DNA of 64,000 nt from Candidatus Marinacidobacterales bacterium (GCA_965219415.1 CBDCNP010000002.1:928001-992000), one strand, 5' to 3'. Numbered from the stretch's first letter, positions 33,996 to 45,054 are shown. Notes: a model not told the origin generated them from the letters alone. Translations and numbers: made by a program.

Positions 33996-35273
33996 ATGAG
34001 GCCCTCGTTCTTTTGTGTACTGGCGCTGGCACTGCCCGCTACCGCCGTTCAACAAGATACGTCCTACCCATCCCAGTTCAGCCCTGAGCTGGTTGAGGTA
34101 CCGGCCGTCCACAGCGCGCTCCGCTACATCGATCATCACTTCGAGACCCAGATCCAGGAGTGGATTCGGATCACCGAGATCCCGGCGGAATCCCGATACG
34201 AAGAGGCGCGCGCCGCGTATGTACGGGAGCAGCTCGAGGCGCTAGACCTGCAGGTGACGATCGACTCGATCGGCAATGTGGTCGCTAAACGCCCGGGCAC
34301 CGGGAACGGTCCAACCCTCGTCTTCGCCGCCCATATCGATACCGTGCACCCGCGCGATACGGATCTCACGGTTACGCGGAAAAACGGTGAATTGCACGCA
34401 CCCGGCGTCTTCGACAACAGTGCCTCTACTGCCAACATGATTCAGGCGGCTCGCGCTCTCCATAGTGCAGGTATCCGAACCAAAGGGGACGTCCTCTTCA
34501 TAGGCACGGTGCAGGAAGAGCCTTGCCTGTGCGGTATGAGCCATTGGCTCGACCAAAACGAGGGTGTGGCGGACATGTTGGTAGCGCTCGACGGCGACCT
34601 CGGTCCGGTCGAATACGGAGCGCTCGGGATTTACTGGTCGCGGATGCATTTCAACGGTGAGGGAGCCCACACTCTCAACTCCCGCGGAGTCCCCCATCCG
34701 GCGCGGGCCGCGGCGCAATGCATCCTCGACATCTACGAAATCCCGCTGCCGGAAGCCGACGACCCGGTTCCGGCTTGGTACAACGTCGGCATGATCGACG
34801 GGGGCCACGTTCCCAACGCGATCGCCGAAGAGGTGACGTTCACGGTGGATCTTCGGACAGTGGATCCCGATTTGTTGGACGATCTGGACTCGCGAATTGT
34901 CGAGACGTGTGAGCTGGCGGCCGCCGCCGAGGCAGTCGAGTTCCACCGCGAAATGATCAATCGCGAGGAGGCGGGTGGCCGCCCTGATCAACTTGCCGAT
35001 AAGCGGGCCCATCCGCTGGTGCAGACGTCGATCGACGTACTCCGACACCTTGGCTGGGACTTTGGAGACGGACCCGCGGCGGTAGCGACAGGCTCGACCG
35101 ATGCCAACGCGGGGGTCATCCGCGGCATCCCGTCGGTGGCGGTGGGACGCGCGCGCGGCGGCAATCAGCACACCTTGAGCGAATGGGCAGACATCGAAAC
35201 CGCGCGCATCGGTACCAAGCAAATTGTTTTGTTGGTTGCCGCGCTGGCGGAGCTCGACGACGCGACACCGTGA
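33996..35273 (+). CDS. Secreted M20 family metallo-hydrolase
   Basis: AHIDTV, PGVFDN, QEE, ALDG, GSTDAN, QHTLSEW. Confidence 0.9.
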   Translation: MRPSFFCVLALALPATAVQQDTSYPSQFSPELVEVPAVHSALRYIDHHFETQIQEWIRITEIPAESRYEEARAAYVREQLEALDLQVTIDSIGNVVAKRPGTGNGPTLVFAAHIDTVHPRDTDLTVTRKNGELHAPGVFDNSASTANMIQAARALHSAGIRTKGDVLFIGTVQEEPCLCGMSHWLDQNEGVADMLVALDGDLGPVEYGALGIYWSRMHFNGEGAHTLNSRGVPHPARAAAQCILDIYEIPLPEADDPVPAWYNVGMIDGGHVPNAIAEEVTFTVDLRTVDPDLLDDLDSRIVETCELAAAAEAVEFHREMINREEAGGRPDQLADKRAHPLVQTSIDVLRHLGWDFGDGPAAVATGSTDANAGVIRGIPSVAVGRARGGNQHTLSEWADIETARIGTKQIVLLVAALAELDDATP

Positions 35274-35364
35274 GAGAGCGAGAATTTCGCGCCATCCTTG
35301 TTTCGAAAATACCGCACGTGATACCGTCCGTGAAATTGTCCGTCGTTACGAAAGGAAGTCTCCC

Positions 35365-36795
35365 ATGAAGCGCAAGAGTGCCACTGGCAACCGCCGAGAT
35401 GGAACCCTGACCCGCCGATCGTTCATCGCGGGTTCCGCCGCTACCGCGGTCACGGTTGTTTCACGATCCGTTTTGGGAAGCTCTTCCCGTCCGGCCCCGA
35501 GTGAGAGGACCAATCTTGCGTTCATCGGCACCGGCGATATGGGCATGGGGAACCTCAACGACTTGATGAGTCTCGAAGATGTCGAAGTCGTAGCGGTATG
35601 TGATGTCGCGAAGGTCGTCGACTATAGCAAACAGGACTTCGGTGGCATCGCAGGCCGCGACTTCGCGCTCGAGACCGTAAAGCAACGCAACGCCGAACGC
35701 GCCAAATCGGGGAGCTACAAAAGCTGCACCGGCTATGAAGACTTCCGGGAGATGTTGGAGCGGCAAGAAGACATCGATGCGGTCGTGGTCGCCACTCCCG
35801 ATCATGTCCATGCCGCGGCCTCGTTGGCGGCCATTTCAAAGGGCAAGCACGTCTATTGCGAGAAGCCCCTCGCCCATTCGATCTACGAAGTTCGTTTGGT
35901 CACCGAGGCCGCCCACAAAGCGGGGGTGGCTACTCAAATGGGCAATCATGGCCACTCCGAGGAAGGGATCCGTTTGACGCGAGAGTGGATACGAGACGGC
36001 GCAATCGGGACGGTGCGGGAGGTCCACGGCTGGACCAGCTCGGGTGGGCTGGAGTGGCTGGAAACGGACCGGCGACCGGCTGAGGCAGAGCCGATCCCCG
36101 AGGGAATGAACTGGGACCTCTGGCTCGGTCCGGCCCCTGAACGGCCCTATCATTCTGCCTACGCCCCCTACAATTGGCGCGGTTGGTGGGACTTCGGCAC
36201 CAGCGCGATCGGCGACATGGCCTGTCACAACCTGGACCCGGCATTCTGGGCGCTGGACCTGGGTGCACCGACCAGCGTCGAAGCCACCTCGACTCGCTTT
36301 AACGACGAAACCGTCCCGGCAGGCGCTCTGTATCATTATGAGTTCCCCGCCCGCGGCGACCAGCCTCCGATCACCATGAAATGGTACGACGGCGGCTTGG
36401 TGCCTCCTCGCCCCGCCGAGATCGAGCCGGAGCGCAGAATGGGAGAGGACGGAATCTACTTCGTGGGCGACGAAGGCGTGATTCTTTGTGGCGGCTGGGC
36501 GGGCTCCCCGCGCATCGTCCCCGAGTCCAAGATGAAGGCTTACCAACTGCCGGCCAAAACGATTCCCCGCGTACCAAGCCACCACCGAGGCTGGATCGAC
36601 GCCTGCAAGAGCGGTAACCCCGTGCATGGAAATTGGGACTACTCCGGCCCCATGACCGAAACCATTCTGCTAGGGAACGTCGCGTTGCGGACGGGTAAGA
36701 AGATCCATTGGGATAGCCCCAACATGAAAGCCATCGATGCACCGGAAGCCGATCCGTACATCAAGCCGGCGTTCAGAGAAGGCTGGGGACTTTGA
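35365..36795 (+). CDS. Tat-exported Gfo/Idh/MocA oxidoreductase
   Basis: TRRSF, IGTGDMG, ATPDH, YCEKP, WRGWWDFG. Confidence 0.93.
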   Translation: MKRKSATGNRRDGTLTRRSFIAGSAATAVTVVSRSVLGSSSRPAPSERTNLAFIGTGDMGMGNLNDLMSLEDVEVVAVCDVAKVVDYSKQDFGGIAGRDFALETVKQRNAERAKSGSYKSCTGYEDFREMLERQEDIDAVVVATPDHVHAAASLAAISKGKHVYCEKPLAHSIYEVRLVTEAAHKAGVATQMGNHGHSEEGIRLTREWIRDGAIGTVREVHGWTSSGGLEWLETDRRPAEAEPIPEGMNWDLWLGPAPERPYHSAYAPYNWRGWWDFGTSAIGDMACHNLDPAFWALDLGAPTSVEATSTRFNDETVPAGALYHYEFPARGDQPPITMKWYDGGLVPPRPAEIEPERRMGEDGIYFVGDEGVILCGGWAGSPRIVPESKMKAYQLPAKTIPRVPSHHRGWIDACKSGNPVHGNWDYSGPMTETILLGNVALRTGKKIHWDSPNMKAIDAPEADPYIKPAFREGWGL

Positions 36796-37775
36796 GCCTT
36801 CTAGTGGCGACTCTCTTCTTATCTGTTGCCACTTCCGCCCACAAACAGGAAGGAGATGAGCTTGTCAGGATTCGTGAGCTTCGACTCGAAGGTGCCCTCG
36901 CCGACGCGCGGGTTCTGGCGGAACAGAAACTCGCGGCTGGCCCTCTGAATCCCGACCTGGAGATTGACCTCCACCTCGAGCTGGCCCGCATTCACGACCG
37001 CATCGGCCTGCACCAGAACACGCGTCCGGTGGCCGCCGCGCTTCAACAGATCGAGGCGGCCGCCGCGACGACGACCGATCTGGCGCCCTTGGCGCAGGCG
37101 AAAATCGAGCTGGCCAAGGCGGATTACTACTATCGAGCGGAAATGCGGGCCCGGGAGTTCACGGTGGCGACAGCCCACGCCGACCGCGCGATCGAGCTTT
37201 ACCGAGAACTTGGAGACAAACATGGCGAAGCGGACGCGGTCCACCGGCGAGGGCTGATCCACTTCCAACGGCGCGAATACGAGCCGGCCCGCGAGCGGTT
37301 CGATCGGTCGCTCGAGCTCGATGAGTCAGCGGGCGAGCGAGCGACCCTTCGCGGAGACTACGAACGACACGTCGGTTTCATCTACGTCCTCGAAGGTGAC
37401 CTCGCGGCGTCGATTCCCTACTTCGAGCGCTCTCTTGCGTTTCGACGTGAGGCTGGCGCCATCGATGCCAGTCTCTTCGCCGCGAGCACCCTGGCGTCGG
37501 CCCTCGTCGACGTCGAACGTCTCGAAGAGGCAAGGCGACACCTGCTGTACGCCATGATGGTCGCGGAGAAATTAGACTCGCCGACGGGAAAGGCGCGGAG
37601 TGGGCTCGTTCTGGGCCAGATGTACGAGGCCTCGGGGGACGATGCGGCGGCACGCATCGCCTTCGAGATGACGCTCGGCGTCGCGGAGTCCATTGGCTAC
37701 GCCTCGATCGCACAGCAGTCGAGGGCGGCGCTCGAACGCCTTGCGTCGAAGGGGGCGGGTAGACAAGCCAACTAG
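36792..37775 (+). CDS. Secreted TPR-repeat protein
   Basis: Signal-like N-terminus; helical repeats of the A...Y..A/L pattern. Confidence 0.75.
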   Translation: MSLLVATLFLSVATSAHKQEGDELVRIRELRLEGALADARVLAEQKLAAGPLNPDLEIDLHLELARIHDRIGLHQNTRPVAAALQQIEAAAATTTDLAPLAQAKIELAKADYYYRAEMRAREFTVATAHADRAIELYRELGDKHGEADAVHRRGLIHFQRREYEPARERFDRSLELDESAGERATLRGDYERHVGFIYVLEGDLAASIPYFERSLAFRREAGAIDASLFAASTLASALVDVERLEEARRHLLYAMMVAEKLDSPTGKARSGLVLGQMYEASGDDAAARIAFEMTLGVAESIGYASIAQQSRAALERLASKGAGRQAN

Positions 37776-37776
37776 T

Positions 37777-37805
37777 TTGACTTCCCCCGGCCGTGGTCCC
37801 ATAGT
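37777..37805 (+). promoter_or_regulatory. Putative sigma70 promoter of the amidohydrolase pair
   Basis: TTGACT-N17-CATAGT. Confidence 0.5.
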
Positions 37806-37915
37806 GTCCACGCTACTTGGGAACGGGGCGCTGCCGTATCCCCTGCCCGCCTCCACAACCCGGGCACTCACCAGGTAAACGCGCCGATCCCCTCAGGCCG
37901 ATGTGGAGCCATATC

Positions 37916-39346
37916 ATGCGTAAACAGACTTTCGTACAAAAACTGCGAGCATTCACTCCCCTGCTATTCGGATGGCTCGCCCTGTCCTGCCAAGCGCCGG
38001 AGACTCAAGTGCCGGAGGCTCAAGCACCGGTCCTCGCGATTCAAGGAGCGACCCTAATCGATGGAACCGGAGGACCCGCCCGCCCCGATTCGTTGGTTAT
38101 CGTGCGAGGCGACACGATTGAGGCTGTTTCCGTCCTAGGTACCTCCAGTCCACCGGTCAATGCGATCGTCATTGATGCGCGGGGGCAATATCTATTGCCA
38201 GGGATCATTGATTCTCATTCACACATCGATAAACCGAACGGTGTCGGGTTGACGGAAGAACAAAAGGCGCTCGTCCAACAACACAACCTGAAGGCGTATT
38301 TGTATAGCGGCATCACCACCGCCGTTACCATCGCCGCAACCGATAGAGAGTGGATGTTGGAGCAGCGGCGCTTAGCCCGAAACCATGAGATCATCTCGCC
38401 CCGTCTTCTTACCGGTCTCGTCCGGTTCACCGCCCCGGAGGGTTGGGCCGGGCGAAGCGGGCAACCCGTCGCTTCGAAAGAGGACGTCGACCGTATATTC
38501 CAAGACTCGATAGACAACCGCGCCGACCACACTTTTGCCATCTATGACGATGGCGTCGGTGCCGCCAAGATCTATCCTCGTTTGGACCCGCTGCTCATGC
38601 AGCGGGTGGCCGACCTCTCGCAAGAACACAAATTGCCGCTCTACATCCATGCGGTGGACATCGACGAGTACCGTGCCTCGGTCGCCGTCGGCCCTCGCGC
38701 CATCGTCCTGGCATTGGAGGACCCCATCGCCGAGGACGACCCTCTCCTGGCGGAGATGGTCTCGAAGAACGTCTTTCTAGTGCCGAGCGTGGTCAATTTC
38801 GAATCGTTCTATCGCGTTACCGACGATCCCTCGCTTCTCGATGAGCCTATCCTTAACCAGACATTCCCCGACTTTGTTATCGCGAGTGTGCGCGACTCGG
38901 AAAACGTCGAAAACGCGGTCGCCCGACTAGAGGGCGTCCTCCAAACCGATGCCTTGGAGTGGGCCCGACGCGCCGTTCCCATCATGAAAGAGAACACCAA
39001 GAAGTTCTTTGACGCCGGGGTCACCATTGCGGTCGGTGCGGATTCGGGTGGCGCGGTGGTCCACAACTTCCAGGGCTATAACCTCATCCGCGAGTTCGAG
39101 CTCCTGGTCGAGTGCGGGCTCACCCCGATGGATGCGATCGTCGCGGGTACCAAGAACGGAGCGATGATGATCGGAAAGGACGACCGGCTTGGCACCATCG
39201 AGCCGGGCAAACTGGCCGATATGATCCTGCTGAACGAGGACCCCCTGGAGAACATTAGTAATCTTCGAACCGTCGACCGCGTTATTCTGAACGGCAAGGT
39301 TTTCAAAAGGGACGAGCTCCGCTACCGCCAGGAGCCGGAGTCATGA
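37916..39346 (+). CDS. Lipoprotein amidohydrolase, paralog A
   Basis: Lipobox-like ALSC; DSHSH, YIHA, GADSG, GTIEPGKLAD. Confidence 0.88.
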   Translation: MRKQTFVQKLRAFTPLLFGWLALSCQAPETQVPEAQAPVLAIQGATLIDGTGGPARPDSLVIVRGDTIEAVSVLGTSSPPVNAIVIDARGQYLLPGIIDSHSHIDKPNGVGLTEEQKALVQQHNLKAYLYSGITTAVTIAATDREWMLEQRRLARNHEIISPRLLTGLVRFTAPEGWAGRSGQPVASKEDVDRIFQDSIDNRADHTFAIYDDGVGAAKIYPRLDPLLMQRVADLSQEHKLPLYIHAVDIDEYRASVAVGPRAIVLALEDPIAEDDPLLAEMVSKNVFLVPSVVNFESFYRVTDDPSLLDEPILNQTFPDFVIASVRDSENVENAVARLEGVLQTDALEWARRAVPIMKENTKKFFDAGVTIAVGADSGGAVVHNFQGYNLIREFELLVECGLTPMDAIVAGTKNGAMMIGKDDRLGTIEPGKLADMILLNEDPLENISNLRTVDRVILNGKVFKRDELRYRQEPES

Positions 39347-40755
39347 GTCGATTCACTAGGAGAATGATTATGAGAAAAGAATTGTTGCTCACACTTGTGG
39401 GCTCCCTCCTCACCTTCGGATGCGCAAGCCCCGAGCCACCTCCTCCTGCCGGCGACTTTGTTCTTATCCAGAATGGAACGCTCATCGACGGCACCGGCGC
39501 CTCGCCTCAGGCGGCGACCGACTTGCTGATCCGCAACGATCGGGTCGACGCGATCGGACAAGACCTGGACGCTCCGCCGGGTGCCACTGTCATCGACGCG
39601 ACGGGAAAGTATCTTATTCCCGGGCTCATCGACGCGCACGCCCACCTAGACAACGCCATGGTCTTTCAGCTCTCGCCCGAGGAAAAGCAAGAGATTGTCG
39701 ATCACAACCCCTCGGCCTTTCTTTACAGCGGCGTGACGACGATCCTCAACCTCATTGCCAAGCCGGAACGGATCTTTGGAATGCGGCAGGCGCAGCGGGA
39801 CGGCGAGCTCGTGGCTCCACGGATTTACGCCACCGGCGGCGCATTTACTCCCGACGGGGGCTGGGGCACGAGGCATCGGCCCGGCCTGCCGAGCGCCGAA
39901 GCGGCCCGAGAACAGGCCCTGGACTTCATTCGGCAAGGGACCGATGGATTCAAGATCACTATAGAAGATGGGCTCGGGCGCTCCGGGCACTCGGTGGAGA
40001 TGCCGGAGGACATGTTGCAGGCGATCGCCGAGGTGGCTCATGAGAACGACGTTCCCATGTTCATCCATGCCATCAATATCGAGGAGTACCGCAGAGCGGT
40101 GGCCGTCGACCCACGGACCATCGTGCATGGATTGGAAGATCCCATACCCGAGGGAGATCCCTTGGTCGCCGATCTCCTCGAGAAGAATATCTTCGTCGTC
40201 CCGACGCTCAGTCTCTGGGAAGCCTTCCTCAGGATGGACGGCTCGTTCGAGGATCCCGTTCTCAACGCGACCGTCCCGCAATTCCTCGTCGCCAACTTGC
40301 AGAGTCCTGAATTCAGAAAGGTCGAGATAGAGAAATTTGCAGCGGTCGTCAAGATCGATGCCGAGGAATGGGCGAGAACAAGAATACCCATCTTCATGGA
40401 GAACGTCGCCAAGATGCATCGAGCCGGTATCAAGATCGCAACCGGCACCGATGCGGGCGGCCCGGTGGGTTTCGCGCTCCAGGGCTACAACACGCCCTGG
40501 GAGCTCGAACTGCTGGTGCAGTGCGGCTTGACCCCGATGGAGGCCCTGGTGGCCGCGACTCGCAACGGTGCCGACGCGATCGGAGTTTTGGACGAGCTCG
40601 GAACTTTGGAGCCGGGGAAGTTCGCTGATATCCTGATCCTCGACGCGGACCCTCTGGCGGACATCCAAAACGTCCGAAAGTTCGAGATGCTCATTCAGGG
40701 TGGGAAGGTTCTCGACCGAAGCCAATTCGCTTACAAGCCGAAGAAAACGTCTTGA
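39343..40755 (+). CDS. Lipoprotein amidohydrolase, paralog B
   Basis: TFGC; DAHAH, GFK, FIHA, IVHG, GTDAG. Confidence 0.9.
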   Translation: MSRFTRRMIMRKELLLTLVGSLLTFGCASPEPPPPAGDFVLIQNGTLIDGTGASPQAATDLLIRNDRVDAIGQDLDAPPGATVIDATGKYLIPGLIDAHAHLDNAMVFQLSPEEKQEIVDHNPSAFLYSGVTTILNLIAKPERIFGMRQAQRDGELVAPRIYATGGAFTPDGGWGTRHRPGLPSAEAAREQALDFIRQGTDGFKITIEDGLGRSGHSVEMPEDMLQAIAEVAHENDVPMFIHAINIEEYRRAVAVDPRTIVHGLEDPIPEGDPLVADLLEKNIFVVPTLSLWEAFLRMDGSFEDPVLNATVPQFLVANLQSPEFRKVEIEKFAAVVKIDAEEWARTRIPIFMENVAKMHRAGIKIATGTDAGGPVGFALQGYNTPWELELLVQCGLTPMEALVAATRNGADAIGVLDELGTLEPGKFADILILDADPLADIQNVRKFEMLIQGGKVLDRSQFAYKPKKTS

Positions 40756-40783
40756 TGATAGGTGCGTCGAGGCTTTGGCATAG

Positions 40784-41779
40784 TTAGGGAACCTGCCCAA
40801 CCCACTCGTCTCTTTGTCTCCTGCGGTCGTCCACCTCGGCCAGAAATTCCAGAGAAAGACGGTTGAATTCTTCGGGCGCCTCGAGCATCAGCAGATGGTC
40901 CGTTCCAGGAATTTCGTGGTAGCGAGAGTTCGGCCAGAGCCTGTGCGCTACTTTGGAGCCTTCTGCAAAAAGGGCATCGGTCAGCTCGCCAACCAGCAAG
41001 AGTATGGGTTGGTACATTTTGGTCATCTCGGGAAAGTCACGGTGGTTCCAGGGACCGATGTCTAAGGTAGACGTGATGTCGGACCGCTGCGGCGTGAGGT
41101 AGATTCGAGGGCTGTACTGGTCGACCATTCGATCCAGGACTTCTCGAACATGCGGCATCGACCTTGCCACTTTCAATCCCGGTAGGTGCTTTCTTGCTTC
41201 GCGCCGCTTCAGGACCTCTTCCAAAGAAGGAATCGGCTCCGTCAATCGCCGGTCGATGATGTGTTGCCAGAGCGGTGGCAGTTTGACGAGCGGCGTCATC
41301 GCATCTGCGAAAATGATGCTTCGCACCCTTTCCGGATAGTGCTTGAGGAAAATGAGGATAATCATTCCACTCCGAGACGTCACCACGAAGTGTGCATCGC
41401 GAAGGCCGAAGAAATTCATAAGCTGATTGAGGTCCTCGGCGTGAGCACGAGGCGAGAAACCGTAGACCGGTGCCTCGGACGACCCGTTGCCGCGGCGGTC
41501 ATAGCTGATGAAGAGGTATTCCCGGCTAAAGGCCTCCATCTGAGAGCCCCACTGCTCGTGCGACCCCGGCTCGGCATGGAGAAAAATGACGGGAATGCCA
41601 GCCCCTTCGATTCGGTAGGCGAGCCTTACGCCGTTGACGCGAGCAAACCGCAGGTGCTCGGCATCCCCGGCGGGCCCTCGATGCTCCTCGACGTCTTGGG
41701 CGGTGACGAATGAAGTTAAAGTCAGCGCCAAAAAGAAACCGGAAAATATCGCCACCCGAGCGCAGCTGCTCTTGAACAT
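40784..41779 (-). CDS. Secreted alpha/beta hydrolase
   Basis: YDRRGNG.S, variant nucleophile elbow VTSRSG, terminal TDH...EAPEEFN. Confidence 0.8.
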   Translation of the reverse strand: MFKSSCARVAIFSGFFLALTLTSFVTAQDVEEHRGPAGDAEHLRFARVNGVRLAYRIEGAGIPVIFLHAEPGSHEQWGSQMEAFSREYLFISYDRRGNGSSEAPVYGFSPRAHAEDLNQLMNFFGLRDAHFVVTSRSGMIILIFLKHYPERVRSIIFADAMTPLVKLPPLWQHIIDRRLTEPIPSLEEVLKRREARKHLPGLKVARSMPHVREVLDRMVDQYSPRIYLTPQRSDITSTLDIGPWNHRDFPEMTKMYQPILLLVGELTDALFAEGSKVAHRLWPNSRYHEIPGTDHLLMLEAPEEFNRLSLEFLAEVDDRRRQRDEWVGQVP

Positions 41780-41792
41780 TGCACACCCCCTC

Positions 41793-43610
41793 CTAATCGT
41801 CTGAGAGTTTCTCGAACGTGCCGTGGACAGGCTTGCCCCCGACCACAGTCACCAAGACCTCGATGTCCTTGATCGCATCTGCGGGCACATCCAGGTAGTC
41901 ATCCGAAAGGACAACGAGGTCCGCGTACTTGCCGGATTCAATCGAGCCGAGCTCATCCTCCCAGAACGAGGCATAGGCGGCATTGATCGTCAGCGTGCGT
42001 AGTGCTTGTTTCCGATCCAAGCCTTGCTCTGGCCCCAACACCCCACCCCACAACGTCCCACGCGTCACCGACCCCCACAGAATCAGCATTGGATCCGAAT
42101 GGTAGGAGATGGGGCCGTCGGAGCCTCCGGCCAGGGTGATGCCGTGCTCCATCCAGCTCCTGAACGGTAAGCACATGTTCGCCATCCGCTCTCCCCAAGA
42201 GCGAATCATCATGGAACCGAGCTGGGCGTTGTGCGGGTACTGTGAGTTGACCGTCAGCCGCAAGCCACTCGCACGATCGAAGTGATCCGGTCGGACCAGA
42301 AACGCATGCTCGATGCCCCATCGCTTACCCACGATGCTCGAGTCTTCGTTCGCTGCTTCGTATGCGTTCAGTAGCACGTCGATCGCCGCGTCCCCCACCG
42401 CGTGGGCTGTGACCGGCCAGCCCATGCGATTGAGCTGAATGGAAACTCGTGTGAGTTGTTCCTCGGGAATAAACAGGACGCCGTGATAGCCCGGCTGGCC
42501 CGGGTATTCTTCTCTCAAGAAGGCCTTTCGCTCGGCGCCATCGAGAATCATTTTGATGCCGCCGATACGGATCATACCGTCGCCGAACGTCGTCCCCGGA
42601 CTCAATAGCGAGTTCGCCTCTTCCTCTATTTCGCGCATCGATTTCAGCGCGCTGGGGTCGGCAGGTTCGAGGGTCGGCAGGCCGGGCACGCGGCCATCGC
42701 TTCCCGGTTTCTTGCTCAAGGGGTCGATCCGATACCAAAGATCGACGCGCTGCGTTAGTCGTCCCGCGTCGAGGAGGGCCTTGTAAGCGTCGACCGCGAC
42801 CGGGCCCACGCCTGCCTCGCGAATGGATGTAATGCCATAGGAGTGTTGGCGGTCGATGATTTGGCGAAGACCTTCGAGCTCCTCTTCTGCCGTAAGCGAA
42901 GGCGGCGGCTCGCCCTGGACCAAGGCGCCGGCACGATCGAAGAGCACGCCGGTCGGTTCTCCGGTCTTTTCGTCTCGTTCGATAATCCCACCGTAAGGGT
43001 CCGGTGTATCCCGGCCTATCTCAGAGAGAGTCAGCGCCATCGAGTTGGCAATCACGTAGTGAGACGGCCCCGGGATCACCACCGGATTGTGCGGAGCCGC
43101 TTCGTCGAGATCGAGACGATTCGGAAGGCGTTGCTCAGCCAAACGGTATTCCCACCATCCCCGGGAACCGTAGATCCACACACCGGGCTCGGTGTCTCGC
43201 GCCCGCTCGGCGATAGCCGCCTGGATCCCCTTGACCGACTGAACCTGCGAGAGATCCACGTGACGCACGTGCGAGGCGTTCGAGAGCTCGCGAGCCACTC
43301 GGCTGTACTGGTGATTGTGCGAATCCCACAGGCCTGGCACGACGGTCAGCCCGGCGAGATCGACTTGCCGGGTCCGAGCCCCGGCCAGCGCGCGCACCTC
43401 CTCGGATGCACCGACGGCGACGAACCGTCCACCGGCGATCGCAACCGCCTCGGCGATCGCGAACGTTTGGTCAACGGTGAGAATCTTGCCGTTAAACAGA
43501 ATGAGGTCCGGCGCAGGATCCACCGACGGCGTACACGATAGTAGCGGCACCAGAATCAAGCCGACGGTCACCCGCGTTTGCCATCTCAACTCCACAAGCT
43601 TCCATTTCAT
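41793..43610 (-). CDS. YtcJ-like amidohydrolase (Amidohydro_3)
   Basis: DSHNH, IKMILDG, HAVGD, IEHA, GSD, GSIESGKYAD. Confidence 0.92.
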   Translation of the reverse strand: MKWKLVELRWQTRVTVGLILVPLLSCTPSVDPAPDLILFNGKILTVDQTFAIAEAVAIAGGRFVAVGASEEVRALAGARTRQVDLAGLTVVPGLWDSHNHQYSRVARELSNASHVRHVDLSQVQSVKGIQAAIAERARDTEPGVWIYGSRGWWEYRLAEQRLPNRLDLDEAAPHNPVVIPGPSHYVIANSMALTLSEIGRDTPDPYGGIIERDEKTGEPTGVLFDRAGALVQGEPPPSLTAEEELEGLRQIIDRQHSYGITSIREAGVGPVAVDAYKALLDAGRLTQRVDLWYRIDPLSKKPGSDGRVPGLPTLEPADPSALKSMREIEEEANSLLSPGTTFGDGMIRIGGIKMILDGAERKAFLREEYPGQPGYHGVLFIPEEQLTRVSIQLNRMGWPVTAHAVGDAAIDVLLNAYEAANEDSSIVGKRWGIEHAFLVRPDHFDRASGLRLTVNSQYPHNAQLGSMMIRSWGERMANMCLPFRSWMEHGITLAGGSDGPISYHSDPMLILWGSVTRGTLWGGVLGPEQGLDRKQALRTLTINAAYASFWEDELGSIESGKYADLVVLSDDYLDVPADAIKDIEVLVTVVGGKPVHGTFEKLSDD

Positions 43611-43744
43611 ACCGGATCCCCCAGCGTTGCGCCCGGTTCACAACATAAGCGAAACACCGAAGCATTGATAGTACCTGGCCGGAATTTCTGACGAAATCTT
43701 CCTCGCTGGGGCTTGATTGAGCTGGCAGTCACAGGCTAGAATCC

Positions 43745-44650
43745 TTGCCCATGAAAACTGCTGTGGCCGCCGTCGGGATCGTCTTGGGCTGGCACGCCGC
43801 CGCTGCGGCTCAACCTCGAATCTTGACGGTGGACGACATCAAGAACTGGGATTCTCCCATCGCCGATGTGCGGATCCCCTATGGTGACGGCGAATTCCAG
43901 TTCGGCGATCTGAGGCTTCCCGAGGGAACGGGACCTCATCCGGTTGCGATTCTGATCCACGGCGGCTGCTTCCTCTCGATGTACGACATCGCGCACAACG
44001 CGCGATTCGCCGAGGCCCTCGCTGAAAGCGGTATGGCAGTCTGGAACCTCGAGTACCGCCGCGTCGGAAACGATGGTGGCGGATGGCCAGGGACCTTCGA
44101 GGATATCGCTCACGGGGCCGACCATCTGCGGGTACTCGCGAAGGGGTACCCGCTCGACCTCGAGCGTACGATTTCGATCGGCCATTCGGCGGGCGGCCAT
44201 CTCGCCTTGTGGGTCGCGGCTCGACACCGCTTGGCCGACGATAGCCCGATCCGTTTCGGCGACCCGATCTCGCTGAAGGGAGTCTTGGCGCTCGCCTCGG
44301 TTCCCGACCTTGCCTACCTTCATGAGAAGCGTCCCTGCGAAGGAGCGGTCGACGGACTGGTGGGAGGGTCGCCAGAAGAGGTTCCGGCCCACTATGCCCA
44401 GGCTTCCCTTGTGGAGCTCGTGCCACTCGGGTTGCCTCAGATTCTCATCAACGGCAAGTACGACTACGATTGGGCCCCCATCGGTGTCCGCTACTTCGAG
44501 GCGGCGAAAGCCGTCGGCGATGACGTGCGCCTCATCGAAGCGCCTGAATCCGGTCACTTCGAGCTCATTGATCCGGCTTCTTCGACATGGCCTATCGTTC
44601 GTGACGCCGCGCTCGAGCTCCTGGGCTCGGGATCAGCGTCGGAACGTTAG
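43745..44650 (+). CDS. Secreted alpha/beta hydrolase (esterase)
   Basis: IHGG, EYRR, GHSAGG, GHFELID. Confidence 0.9.
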   Translation: MPMKTAVAAVGIVLGWHAAAAAQPRILTVDDIKNWDSPIADVRIPYGDGEFQFGDLRLPEGTGPHPVAILIHGGCFLSMYDIAHNARFAEALAESGMAVWNLEYRRVGNDGGGWPGTFEDIAHGADHLRVLAKGYPLDLERTISIGHSAGGHLALWVAARHRLADDSPIRFGDPISLKGVLALASVPDLAYLHEKRPCEGAVDGLVGGSPEEVPAHYAQASLVELVPLGLPQILINGKYDYDWAPIGVRYFEAAKAVGDDVRLIEAPESGHFELIDPASSTWPIVRDAALELLGSGSASER

Positions 44651-44700
44651 CTCCTCGACTCGTAACACTGATAAGCAGCACCCTCGAAAGGAGTAAAAGC

Positions 44701-45054
44701 ATGCCCAAAACCGCCCAGCAGATCCTCGATCACCATCTGAAATCGTTCGGAGAAGGCGACCTGGATGGCATTCTCGAAGACTATACCGAAAAGTCAGTTC
44801 TCTTTACGCCCGACGGACTCTTGCGGGGTCCCGGCGAGATGCGAGCTTTTTTCGAAGCTTTCTTCGCGGAGTTCGCCAAGCCGGGAGCTTCGTTCGAGAT
44901 GAAGAAGCAGATCGTCGAGGGCGAGACCGCCTTCATCGTCTGGAGCGCCGAGACCGCGGACAATGTCTACGAGCTCGCTACCGACACGTTCGTCGTTCGC
45001 GACGGCAAGGTCGTCACTCAAACGTTTGCCGGGAAGGTCGTCCCCAAGGCCTGA
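44701..45054 (+). CDS. SnoaL/NTF2-like protein
   Basis: GDLDGILEDY, TDTFVVRDGKVVTQT; SD AAGGAG. Confidence 0.88.
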   Translation: MPKTAQQILDHHLKSFGEGDLDGILEDYTEKSVLFTPDGLLRGPGEMRAFFEAFFAEFAKPGASFEMKKQIVEGETAFIVWSAETADNVYELATDTFVVRDGKVVTQTFAGKVVPKA

